Positions 10,511 to 21,665 of a stretch of 32,350 bases of DNA are shown here, piece after piece (the stretch's first letter is position 1; each line of letters opens with the position of its first letter). Location of the stretch: contig NC_068998.1 of assembly GCF_001194135.2 (NCBI RefSeq), positions 21,917,754 to 21,950,103 on the forward strand, given 5' to 3'. The notes below the pieces were generated by a model that saw only the letters and a program-made list of their open reading frames with translations, made no database searches and was not told where the DNA came from. A program made the translations under genes and the position numbers. This DNA comes from Octopus bimaculoides. Its lineage: Eukaryota.

Positions 10511-10749
10511 TAAATGTGAAATTTTATATATTGTGAATGAATTTACAAGAGTGGCCTACAATGTATGCAAAGGAAGTCACCGTTATGCTGGAAAAACGAT
10601 TCATTAGCGATTGTAAAGCAATTATTACCCGAGTTTATCAAGAAGAAAACGAATATGATGATGTTTTATGTTATAAAAGGAAGGTTATTCGTAAGAACAT
10701 GAAATTACCTCCGAACGTCATCATCTAATGTACCATTAATATCCTTAGT

Positions 10750-11133
10750 GTGGAGGTGCTATGGCCCAGTGTTTAGGACAGCGGACTCGCGGTCATAGGA
10801 TCGCGGTTTCGATTACCAGACCGGGCGTTGTGAGTGTTTATTGACCGAAAACACCTAAAGCTCCACCAGGCTCCGGCAGGGGATGGTGGCGAACTCTGCT
10901 GTACTCTCTCATCACAACTTTCTCTCACTCTTACTTCCTGTTTCTGTTGTGCCTGTAATTCAAAGGGTCAGCCTTCTCACACTGTGTCACGCTGAATATC
11001 CCCGAGAACTACGTTAAAGGTACACGTGTCTGTGGAGTGCTCAGCCACTTGCACGTTAATTTCACGAGCAGGCTGTTCCGTTGATCGGATCAACTGGAAC
11101 CCTCGACGTCGTAAGCGACGGAGTGCCAACAAC
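10750..11133 (+). mobile_element. Full-length tRNA-derived SINE (family D) with a 10-bp target-site duplication
   Basis: A-box-like TGGCCCAGTGTTTAGG and B-box-like GGTTTCGATTACC in the head; ends GACGGAGTGCCAACAAC. Identical flanking TATCCTTAGT at 10740-10749 and 11134-11143. Confidence 0.92.
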
Positions 11134-11154
11134 TATCCTTAGTTATTACCCATA

Positions 11155-11225
11155 TTCTTTTGTTCTTTTATTCCTTTACTGTTTTCAACCATACAGCTGT
11201 GGTCATGCAGGAGTACCACGGTGAA
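11155..11225 (-). mobile_element. Degraded 3' tail of SINE family B
   Basis: TTTACTGTTTTCAACCATACAGCTGTGGTCATGCAGGAGTACCAC resembles the reverse complement of 17620-17665. Confidence 0.45.
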
Positions 11226-11641
11226 AGAAAATATATATGACATACCTACAGTAGGTAGAAAGGCGACTTGGTTACATAAGTACGCTAAAAGGAAGATTAC
11301 AAATAAAGTAAACGAAGAAATAAACCAGGAAACATTTCAGAGTTTAGTATATTAATTTCCTTCCACTATTATAGTAATTTTTCCTATTTTCGATAAAATT
11401 ATTTGTACAAAAAAATTGGATTTACTAAAAAAATACTATCGTTTCTGAAAACCAATAAATTAAATCGTTCATATTTACTGCCTCAATTAAATATTTTTTT
11501 TTACTATTTATTAAATTCAAAGATATTAATAAAGTAAGTTCACATCACAAATATTTATTTGAGAATTTTGTTTGCATAATTACAACAACACATGAAATTT
11601 CAAGAAAACATACTTGTACCATACATACATTTTTCCGTGTA

Positions 11642-12897
11642 CACAGACATGCACGAAATAAATAGACACCTTTAATTTGCAGAATTTATTATCTAAGCGT
11701 GTTAATATGTTTTCAGCGGTGTAGAATTTACAATGTGATTATTCTTTTTAATTCCAGGTGCCATTATATTAAACATTTGCGAAGAGTAGCCATGCCACGC
11801 ACAAAAAATTCAGCAGAACTGTCACATTTTCAAAGAAGTCCTATTGTTGGGCAATCTGAGGCCGGTCTTAGCCAGCGAAATATTGCCGAAAATCTTTAAA
11901 TTCCTCTTGCTACTGTTAATATAATTATAGCGCAATTCAAAACTCCAGGAAAATAATCAACAGATTCTCGTCCCGGCCGACATGGGCCCTCAGAATGGAA
12001 GCCTCGCGGTTTGAAGAGAATTGTGGAAAACGAACCCCATTCGAAGGGTTCTGACATTGCAAAACAGTTAGAAGTTAGCCCAAGAAAGTGTGTTACATAT
12101 CTGCATAGGTTTTGGTATTATGGACGAGCAGCTAGAAGAAAACCTCTCCTTCAACCGATTAATAGTATGAAAAAAAAGAAATGGGCTAAGGAGATGTCAG
12201 AAAAACCAGATCATTGTGGGATAGAGTGATTTTCCCAGATGAATTCAGATTTGCATTATTTTCAGACACTGGACCAGTTTGTGTCTGGAGGCTTTCCAAT
12301 TAATTTGATTTGAAACGACTCCAACCAACTGTGAAATATGGCGGTATCTCTGTAATGGTATGGGGAGCTGTCACCAGCAATGGTCGTTCTGAGCTGATCG
12401 AATGTGTTGGAACCATAAACTCTGAAAAATACATCGAAATACTTAAGCAAGGATTACTTCCGATATATTCACACGAGAACATAACGAAAAATGAGTTTTT
12501 ATTCATGGAAAATGGGGCTCCATGCCACACAGCGAAAAAGAATCAACAATAGCTGACTTAAAATGGGATCAAAAAGCTTCATTGGCGGAGCCAATCTTCT
12601 GACATTCTAGAGCATTCTAGATAGAGATATACGAAAAACTCGACAGAAACCTAAATCTAAAGATGAATTATTTCGATTGTTGTGTGAAAAGTGGGCAGAA
12701 ATGCTACAAGAGACAATCCCAAAGCTCATCAGTTCAATGCCAAAAAGAGTTTGTGATTTAAAAACTGCAAAAGGAATGTCAACTAAATACTAACGTATGT
12801 AGTCCGATCTATCGATTTCATTTCAATTGTTCGCTTTGCATATTAAATAAAAGATTTTGAAAATTAAAGGTGTCTATTTACTTCCTGCATGTCTGTC
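11642..12897 (+). mobile_element. Complete Tc1-family DNA transposon (~1.26 kb), inactive, with ~44-bp TIRs and TA target duplication
   Basis: Left end TA|CACAGACATGCACGAAATAAATAGACACCTTTAATTTGCAGAAT; reverse complement of right end TA|GACAGACATGCAGGAAGTAAATAGACACCTTTAATTTTCAAAAT. TA at 11640-11641 and 12898-12899. Confidence 0.93.
11792..12793 (+). pseudogene. Tc1-like (DD34E) transposase pseudogene
   Basis: [20 protein letters not shown]...[11 protein letters not shown] (paired-like HTH), SRPGR, GRAARRKPLL, WDRVIFPDE, PTVKYGGISVMVWGAVT, INSEKYIEIL, FLFMENGAPCHTAK (second Asp lost), SMPKRVCDLKTAKGMSTKY*. Several stops and frameshifts; the SPDLNPIE motif is damaged. Confidence 0.92.
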
Positions 12898-13672
12898 TAG
12901 ATTCACGCAAGTGGAAGGGATTGTGTCAGTGTGTACTAGAAGATCTCTGCAAAAGGAATTTTGAATGTAATTTAATGTAACATATGACAGTAAAATTTGT
13001 GTTTTTTTAGAAATTTGTTCTATACATTATTGAAACTTCGCTATGCTTTATTGTATTTCCATGCTTACATGCCAGTAATTCAAGAATAATTTGCTTAGAA
13101 TGTCTAATTATAAACGCCCACATATGAAATGAGTTTGTTGGAAAATTATCGTCATTTTCCCCGTGAAATGTGTATAAATCGATGATTCATAAAATAATGA
13201 AAGCTGCAAATATGTATCATTGCGCCATCTACGAAGCCCTCACTATAAGTCAATTATTCCCAATTAACTACTAAGTGGTTGTTACAAATTCTAAAAGTGC
13301 ACCAATTAATTTAGTATAATTAGATTCATCAATAAGCCATTAGTCCTACTGCATGCTGTAGAGATCTCAATAAATCTATATTATACAGTTTATTTTCACA
13401 TTTAATGTAATATATAAGAATTTATATGATCCAATTACTTAGTCCTCATACATCACAACAATTATATTTCATAATAATCTAGGGACTGGCAATTTCTTGT
13501 AAAATAATGTTTTCTCACTATGGTTTGATAGAGCTTGGATATATTTAACAATAATATGGACCTAACCAAAAATTAAACACCCTTTTCCACTCTACTCCAT
13601 AATCTAGAGAACCGACATCATCTCATTACACTACAGATGCAATTATGTAATCAGTGATCAGCAAACATTTAC

Positions 13673-13729
13673 AGTGGAACACACTATTAGTCGTATCTTC
13701 AGGCTTTACAAAAGTTGTCGCATAGAAGA
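13673..13729 (-). CDS. Candidate 57-nt symmetric (phase 1-1) exon of an unidentified host gene
   Basis: Minus strand ctgttatttcag|TCTTCTATGCG...GTGTTCCACT|gtaaat; the only open frame reads xFYATTFVKPEDTTNSVFH. No homology recognised; may be chance. Confidence 0.15.
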
Positions 13730-15295
13730 CTGAAATAACAGGCGCTAAATCACTGAGGGTTAATATGGCAAATTATGAAGCATTCCTGGTATTTAGAGTT
13801 TAAAATACTCACAAATACTTTAAAGAATAAGATAAATAAAAATTATATGATCATTGAACTCGCATGCCAACTGACATATATTTCTTCTTTGTTCACAAAA
13901 AAAAAATTAGAAGCAGAGTTCATAAAAAAAATGTCAATACAAATTACATATTTCAAACTTGACATTTCAATATCATTCCAACTTAATATTTCAAATACCG
14001 TCAGTACCTTAATTTTACATATTTACTTTTATGAATAACATGTGAACATGTTGATTTTCTACGATATTTAGAATGAAGTTTTAACTTTTAAATTTCTACC
14101 TCAGTAGACACAATACTGCAGCACTAACATTTCACTAATCAATATATTTAACGTATATGTCTTTAAGAATTACGAAACTTGAAATAAATATTCAAAATGA
14201 TTTACGGTTACAAATATACTGAAGATAATTATAGAGATGTTGATTCTAAATATTGAACATTACATGCCACAATTGATGTATTACATCAAATATTATTACC
14301 CGAATGATAAATATGTATGGTAGAAAAAACGAAATAGTTTACTAAGAATTCTGCACAATAGGTTAACTTATAACTTTATATTTATTTCCTACATCATTTA
14401 ATATTTGCGTCGAAACTGTTGATTTCTAGAAGATGATTTATTATTGCTATGAGTAATTTAAACAATTTTGCTACAGTTAGATTGTATATTGATATACCGA
14501 GAATATTAACCATACATATATATTCAAATATATCTAATCAATTGAAAATGTGTAAACAGTATTCATATAATGAGAATTCATTTAGTCAAACTCTCCATAA
14601 GATTATAAAAGAATAAATGAAGATTAATGCACTGGACATCTTCCAAATAGATCAAATATGATAAAGAATTAGCTTTTCTTATTTCGAGACAAACACGTAT
14701 ATTTTATAATTGTAACGTTTTCAGTATACGAGCTTTATGTCGTATCATATTTTGTAAATTTCCACAAAAACGAATAAAGAAACAAAGACGTTATACCCTC
14801 AATATGTTGAACCAATATATCTATCTGTCTGTATACATACATACATGCATACATAAATACATGACATTGAAATTATTGTAATTTCATATATCCTTAAGAA
14901 GATTTTAGTTCATGTTGTGTGTGAAGAAGTGTGTGCATGAATGATTCAACGAGTAGAAACATATAGCGTGAGGTAATTAGTGATCGTTATTATTGGGGAC
15001 AGGGGAGGTAATTGCTCATCTTTTGGAGAGTGGATAAATAAATATACTCAGAAGGTAAAGTAGTGAGATGAAATATGTACAGTGATGGGCACGTGATTAT
15101 ACACTAAAATACATACTGTGACCAAAGTTAGTTATGTATACATATTTAGACGCGTTCTGTATTTTTCCATGAATAAATTTTCTTTAAACGTTCTTGAACA
15201 GAAATTGTTTCTTTGCGCTGGTAGAGGGGGGAAACTGTGAAGTTTGGTTGGATTTTACCAGCACATCTCTCTATGTGTTCACTCAAAAGGAATCT

Positions 15296-15333
15296 GTCTG
15301 AACTGCGAGAGCCGGAGCTGTTCCTTATATAGT
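15296..15333 (-). promoter_or_regulatory. Candidate Pol II core promoter (TATA box plus initiator-like sequence)
   Basis: Minus strand CTATATAAGG (TATA at 15331-15325), a GC-rich spacer, then GCAGTTCAGAC with candidate +1 A at 15304 or 15299, 27 or 32 nt from the first T of TATA. Lies in non-repetitive sequence. Confidence 0.4.
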
Positions 15334-15651
15334 GCGGTTTTCCGTCTCAGTGCCATACCGATCAGTCGTATATAATTATGTACACGACATGAACAATTTA
15401 TAACATAAATTAGATTCTCAGAAACACAAGTGCAGGTGGTTTTAATTGTGAACCTTTCTCCTTGTTTAAATAGGAATTCTTAGCATTCCTGTAGTTCGGG
15501 GGAATATTCCACAGTTTGGGTGTCAACATTTTTTAACCGTTGGCTTCGCGGTTGTTGTGTAAGGCTTCGGAGATTTTAGAAGTATTTTCAGCGATTTGTG
15601 TTCCATTTTGCATTCGATGAATTTATGTTTTCAGAATGTTCATATTCTGGT

Positions 15652-15655
<4 letters not shown>

Positions 15656-15692
<37 letters not shown>

Positions 15693-16324
15693 NNNNNNNN
15701 NNNNNNNNNNNNNNNNNNNNNNNNNNNNNNNNNNNNNNNNNNNNNNNNNNNNNNNNNNNNNNNNNNNNNNNNNNNNNNNNNNNNNNNNNNNNNNNNNNNN
15801 NNNNNNNNNNNNNNNNNNNNNNNNNNNNNNNNNNNNNNNNNNNNNNNNNNNNNNNNNNNNNNNNNNNNNNNNNNNNNNNNNNNNNNNNNNNNNNNNNNNN
15901 NNNNNNNNNNNNNNNNNNNNNNNNNNNNNNNNNNNNNNNNNNNNNNNNNNNNNNNNNNNNNNNNNNNNNNNNNNNNNNNNNNNNNNNNNNNNNNNNNNNN
16001 NNNNNNNNNNNNNNNNNNNNNNNNNNNNNNNNNNNNNNNNNNNNNNNNNNNNNNNNNNNNNNNNNNNNNNNNNNNNNNNNNNNNNNNNNNNNNNNNNNNN
16101 NNNNNNNNNNNNNNNNNNNNNNNNNNNNNNNNNNNNNNNNNNNNNNNNNNNNNNNNNNNNNNNNNNNNNNNNNNNNNNNNNNNNNNNNNNNNNNNNNNNN
16201 NNNNNNNNNNNNNNNNNNNNNNNNNNNNNNNNNNNNNNNNNNNNNNNNNNNNNNNNNNNNNNNNNNNNNNNNNNNNNNNNNNNNNNNNNNNNNNNNNNNN
16301 TATATATATATATATATATATATT
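15656..16324. other. Assembly gap (N 15693-16300) inside a (TA)n run
   Basis: N block flanked by TA repeats on both sides; ORFs spanning it are artefacts. Confidence 0.99.
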
Positions 16325-16910
16325 TAATAATCTAATGTCTTCCAGACATTTGCTAATAATATAGATTCACTATTCCTGTCTGCTAATATAGAAGGTCCTA
16401 TTTGACAATACGTTGCAATACTTCACTCCAAAGCAATATCCATTTACATGTTTAATCAAATGAAATTGTATTTAATTATATTGAATATTTATTCTGAAGA
16501 AATATCTGAAAATCCGAGAGATAAATTTCAGTTATTAATTTGCATTTCATTCCAATCTCACTCCTTGTATACATACCAATACTGACATGCCTATATATAA
16601 AAAAAAGATGCAACACATGATGACGTCTAATTTCCCATATTATACTCATATACATTTCGTAGATATAACGAAGAGATATTAGATATTAATATTTTCGATA
16701 ACATTTTAACTAAAAATGGTCAATTGCACTAGCGTAAGATGTATTTGAATAAATACACTCTATTATACCAATCATTATCCGTAAGGAAGATACATTGCTT
16801 TTGTAAATATCATTTCCATACATCTGCTGCCTTAGTGAGTAGGGTGTTAACAACCTCCAGAATTTTAGAGTAGCGTGGACATACTACCAACCATTGCTGG
16901 GAATCTAAAA

Positions 16911-16970
16911 GAAAACATAAGATATACTATATTTACAAAAGAAAACTTAAGATATACTATATTTACAAAA
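16911..16970. repeat. 30-bp tandem duplication
   Basis: GAAAACATAAGATATACTATATTTACAAAA and GAAAACTTAAGATATACTATATTTACAAAA, 29/30 identical. Confidence 0.9.
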
Positions 16971-16994
16971 TAAACTTTATATGTCTTTAATATT

Positions 16995-17545
16995 TCAGTC
17001 AATAATATATTCTCCTTCATGGCAACATTTTACATGCACTTCTTGTTAGTAGAAACCATTGGATTATGACTCGGAAAATTTCATCGAGCCGCGTTTCAGT
17101 TCCATGTGATTTCTGAATGAAACTTCTCGCCGGCTCTTAGAGAGTGCCAGAGAAGTTGATGATCTGAAGGTACTATATCAGGAGAATATGAGTGACGCAG
17201 TAAAAATTCCCAGTCAAATTCTTGGATAGCATTTTCACTCGATCTAACGACTCGGAGACGTTGGAATGCTGAAGATATGCGCTGTGCAGCCAGTCGTGCC
17301 TTTTGAACAGAACTGACGCCTTCAGACGTTAGATTTCCAGAGCGTAGAGGTTTGCATTGACCGCTTGTTGGTTATCAGAATTTCATAGTCAATTACCTCT
17401 TCTCAAACGTGCAGATAATTCTCTTGCATGAATGAAGCACTGATTTGGCTCAAGTTGTTGTTTGACGGGAATGAGCTATCCTTCCCTATGCTTCATATTA
17501 CTATAAAGGCATCATTATATTTTCACTATCGTAAATACAAGAATG
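16995..17545 (-). pseudogene. Second fossil mariner transposase (catalytic domain), a different lineage from the 413-1250 copy
   Basis: Minus-strand motifs in order: CLYSNMKHREG*LIPVKQ (~WCLYVNMK.RKEWL), VIDYEIL, AVNANLYALEI*RLKA, LQHSN (~LHDNARPH), IQEFDWEFLLRHSYSPDIVPSDHQLL (~ELGWEVL.HPPYSPDLAPSDYHL), EGEYI near the stop at 16995-16997. Confidence 0.85.
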
Positions 17546-17571
17546 CTAATGAGGCTCACCTTTGTGTATAA

Positions 17572-17672
17572 CTACAAGGCTTACAAGAATAAGTCCTGGG
17601 TTCGATTTGCCAGATTAGAGGCGGTGCTACAGCATGCCCGCAGTCAAATGACTGAAACAAGTATAAAGATAA
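17572..17672 (+). mobile_element. 3' tail of SINE family B (5'-truncated)
   Basis: AGGCTTACAAGAATAAGTCCTGGGTTCGATTTG...GGCGGTGCTACAGCATGCCCGCAGTCAAATGACTGAAACAAGTA. Family assignment is from recollection of the consensus. Confidence 0.7.
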
Positions 17673-17682
17673 TTGAAAACAA

Positions 17683-17683
17683 G

Positions 17684-17771
<88 letters not shown>

Positions 17772-17794
17772 TATATATATATATATATATATAT
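17683..17794. repeat. (AC)n(AT)n compound microsatellite
   Basis: Directly visible; explains the HT/CV/YI ORFs at 17543-17896. Confidence 0.97.
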
Positions 17795-17811
17795 CCATGT
17801 ACATATGCGCA

Positions 17812-18003
17812 TCCTCGACCGGACGACGCGTTGTGTTCTTCACCAAACACTTCATTTCACGTTGCCCCAGTCTACTTAGCTGGCAAAGATGAGTAACGTT
17901 GCAATGGACTGGCGTCCCATCCAGCTGGGGAACACATACGCCATTGAAACCAGGAAACCGAGCCCATGAGCCTGACTAGACTTTAAAAGGGTGCATTTAT
18001 TTT
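17812..18003 (+). mobile_element. 5'-truncated SINE (family C) with a MetaSINE-like central segment
   Basis: GACCGG...GCGTTGTG...AAACAC is shared with the post-B-box part of family D (10818-10855). CAGTCTACTTAGCTGGCAAAGATGAGTA...GCAATGGACTGGCGTCCCATCCAG recalls widely distributed metazoan SINE cores. Ends in an AT-rich tail. Confidence 0.55.
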
Positions 18004-19423
18004 TCTTACATATACGCATGTATATATATATACACATATGTATATATAAATCTATATGTATGTTAACTTGGAGTGTTAAACAACACCTGAATGTCACAGA
18101 CTAGGAAGACACCTTTCTCGGAATAACATTCAAGCGTTCTTTAACACTCGGCATTGAGTAGTAAGCTTCCCTAGTAAGCTATTCCTACTTAACTTAGATG
18201 TAATATAGAAAGCTGTAATGCACTGGAATTTGCCTTGCGAGCTCCTTTCAAATAAACGTACGGTGCTTAAGCAGATACACATCTATACAAGACAAGAATC
18301 ATGGAGCTGGTTTGCAGGAAGTGCAGCCACAAGTTTTTTTCAGCGTAGTTGCACTTCATCAGTAGAAGGCATCTGTAAAATTTTATAGATGATGTGCATT
18401 ATACTTTTTCTTACTTCTTTCAAAACATATTCTAGCATAAAAATGTTTCGTTTATAAGAATGTAAATGATTAACTTTTATAACACTTAACAAATAGAAGA
18501 AATGAGAAATGCAGTTTTAGTTTGGTAAACTTTTTATTCAATCACTAATTGCTAATGTTTTTTTTTGTAAACATTTTCTCTTTCTTTTCTGCAACCTATT
18601 ATCTGTTCGTTTAATTATATAACAAGAATAAACAGTCCATGTTAATTGATACATATAAAAACAAATGAATCGTTGTGACAACTATAACAAAATGAATTTC
18701 TAATAAAATAAGAAATATTTTAATTTTCTTTCCTACCCATGTTTTCAATTTAACTCATAAAATGGACGGAATTTGCATGAAGAACAGTAATCCAAGAATT
18801 TAATGCTTGTGCTAATGATGGTTCGTATTTTTTTTAATTCGCAAATATATCTATATAACTATAGGTGCATGTACATATACTAACATTATGATTCAGGAGA
18901 ATCCAAATAGATCACTCCTGAAAATTAAATGAGCGTAAAGGAAACACCAATCATTAATTATATAATTCACAAGCGTAATTAAATGTGTAATTCAATAAAG
19001 TGAAAAAGGAAAAAAAAAATAAAGAAAATACAAAACAAATGAACGCAATTCATTCTTACTTTACATAAACAAATCGAAAATAAAATGTATTAATTCAAAA
19101 TTAAATTTAGCATTCCACAAAACAATGACAAAGATGAATAGAAGAACAAAAGCAAAAATTAATGCAACCAAATTCTAGCAATGTATCAGTCTTGATATCA
19201 TGTTGTCTCAAGGATATACTTTACATAAAAAAGTTATACAGAAATACAAATATATTACTATTTTACATTTTTCCAGTCCAACAATAGTATATAGAACATA
19301 TATAATAATTCATTTCTGGGGCTTATACCATAATTCAGATAATTATATTCTCAAGTTTCAAATATACAGAGAATATCAATTATGATATTTTTGTTTTTCT
19401 AATAAAGATTTCAACAGACTTAC

Positions 19424-19447
19424 CGTCACAATGGTGCAGTCTTCCCT
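19424..19447 (-). CDS. Candidate 24-nt micro-exon
   Basis: Minus strand tttttcctatctcttag|AGGGAAGACTGCACCATTGTGACG|gtaagt has a near-consensus acceptor and donor; length is divisible by 3; reads REDCTIVT (phase 0) or xGRLHHCD (phase 1). Confidence 0.3.
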
Positions 19448-20015
19448 CTAAGAGATAGGAAAAACTGTAAATAACTTGGAAGGGGATAAATAACACTTAT
19501 ATTACAGAAATAGTGAAATAATCGCATAGATTATAATATTGATGCATGAGTTAATATATTTTGACACTGCAGCTGCTCCAGATGATATAACACTTCGGTG
19601 CCATGTCATCCTTACATTACATCAATTTACATGCAACAAGTGACAAACAGGATAATATCCATGCTAGACATTCTCTGTTATTTCACATTTATTCTGTATT
19701 CCGAAAAGAATATTCACTACATATAGACGTTCTGCAAATGCTAAAATTGTATTCGTTTCCCGATACAGTTTCTGGAACAAGCCGCTTTCCTATGCTGAAT
19801 CCAACTGTCATAAGGTTTTATGGAAGTATAATTGCCGATTAATAGAGCATGAATATAAATCTGAACGCAATCTAACATACCGTCGAAAACTTAGGAATTG
19901 TTATGATTTCTTTGTCCCGTTTTGAAACAAAAAACTCGCAAATTGCAAGGAGTTATACACTATGATAAATGTAACACCCATATTTATTTTAATTCAATAT
20001 TTTATTCATTTCTAA

Positions 20016-20190
20016 GGGAGCGAAATGACAGAATCGTTAGCATGCCGAATAGAATGCTTAGTCGAATTTCGTCCGTCTTCACGTTATGATTTCAAATTCC
20101 ACCGAGGTCGACACTCCCTTTAATCCTTTCAGGATTGGTTAAGTAATAGGAATCAAGTACTGGAGTTGATGAAATCGAATTCCCTTAAAA
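20016..20190 (+). mobile_element. SINE family A, diverged copy
   Basis: GACAGAATCGTTAGCATGCCGAATAGAATGCTTAG...TTTCAAATTCCACCGAGGTCGAC...AATCCTTTCAGG. Confidence 0.75.
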
Positions 20191-20240
20191 CATGATGTCG
20201 TTGCGCCAAAATTTGAAAGCAATATTGTTTTCCTTTGTAA

Positions 20241-20440
20241 AGTGGCAAACTGACAGAATCTTTGGCACCTCGGGCAAAATGCATTTTGTCATTTCATCTG
20301 TCTTCACATTCTGATTTCTACTGGTGTTAGTTTTGCCTCTCATCCTTCGGAGTCGATAAAATAAATACCAACTGAACACGAGAGTCGATATGATCGACTT
20401 AGCACACTCGAAATTGCTTCACTTGTCCCAAAATTTGAAC
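20241..20440 (+). mobile_element. SINE family A, older diverged copy in tandem with the previous one
   Basis: CTGACAGAATCTTTGGCACCTCGGGCAAAATGC...TTTTGCCTCTCATCCTTCGGAGTCGATAAAATAAATACCAACTGAACACGAGAGTCGATATGATCGACT. Confidence 0.7.
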
Positions 20441-21412
20441 TCAGTGTTTAATTTATTACTATTTTCCTACAAGTTTCATGTTGCAAAGTTTCATATTTAA
20501 TAAAACATAAATAAATATACATAAATCATTTTCTGATACTTAGAACTCAACAATTGTCTATTCTATTAAAAGCAGTGTTATACTGGGTAAAGGTTGAACA
20601 GAGTAGATAAGGATTTTAAATATAAGAAAGAAATGAAAATGCTAGTATTTTAAACGCAACATATTAAACTTATAAATTGAAATGAATTTATTGATCAAAT
20701 TTTCTAACACGTGACGAAGATAATATAAATAAAAAGAAATATAAGGAAGGAAATATACAGACATGGCTACTTTAATTTTTTCCTAAGTGCTTCTATAAAG
20801 TGAATTTTCCTTTTCTTTCGTGGCAAAAAATCGATTTACATTTCGCAATTAATATTTTCAGGGAAACTATAATTCATTTTTCTCACTTTTGAAATCTTAA
20901 TCGCTTCCGGCAAAGTAGATATTAGTCAGAACAGTGATGCATTTTTATTTCCAAAGTCAATATTAAAAGTCTTTTGTATTTGGCTAAATGGCGAATCAGA
21001 TACAAAATTAGAATTGTAAGAGAAATCTTTCAACGCAGTTAAATGGCATTTTCATGGCTCAATCCATGATTGAATGCTTGCGTGGTATGTGAATAGTTTA
21101 ATTCAATTGTTATGTCTTACAGAGCAAAGCGATAACAATTAATATAAGATAAATGTGGTTTTAATAAAAAGAAATAGAAAACTTTAAATTTTCATTTTAT
21201 TTCAGACAGAAATAAACAAAGAGAATAAACTAATGGATGTCATGATATATTTCATCTCATATCAATGAGCAATTGATAAAAGTTTTTAAAAGAAAAAAAT
21301 GCTGCATGATTTCAATAGCTATTAATACTATTTTTTGCATTCAGGAAGAAAACCTATTGATATTAGGTAACGACAAAATATCCAGTGTTCAAGTATGATT
21401 TTATATAATAAC

Positions 21413-21446
<34 letters not shown>

Positions 21447-21580
21447 NNNNNNNNNNNNNNNNNNNNNNNNNNNNNNNNNNNNNNNNNNNNNNNNNNNNNN
21501 NGTGCGCCTGTGTGTGTATACGTATATATATATATATATATGTGTCTGTGTATATGTGTGTGCGCCTGTGTGTGTATACG

Positions 21581-21615
<35 letters not shown>

Positions 21616-21665
21616 ATATGTAGTGGTGCACATATATACACACACACATATGCCTATATATGTGT
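21413..21665. repeat. Compound microsatellite with N gap (21447-21501) and a duplicated GTGCGCCTGTGTGTGTATACG(TA)n unit
   Basis: The unit starts at ~21502 and again at ~21560. Confidence 0.9.

Noticed and set aside
10537-10728. 63-aa ORF MNLQEWPTMYAKEV... and the short minus-strand frame MMSEMFAFRRRTDLDIAAELL at ~27930-28060
   Set aside because: No recognisable domain or convincing splice context; within chance expectation for 32 kb.
10750-10830. tRNA-like sequence with A and B boxes
   Set aside because: It continues into a 300-bp SINE body with a TSD and has no acceptor stem closure; a SINE head, not a tRNA gene.
15596-16364. Long ORFs of 240-285 aa here and at 24466-25320
   Set aside because: They consist almost entirely of N-gap codons and (TA)n; artefacts.
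19690-19830. Minus-strand VGFSIGKR resembling an amidated neuropeptide site
   Set aside because: Single occurrence, no signal peptide or repeated cleavage sites, short frame; likely chance.
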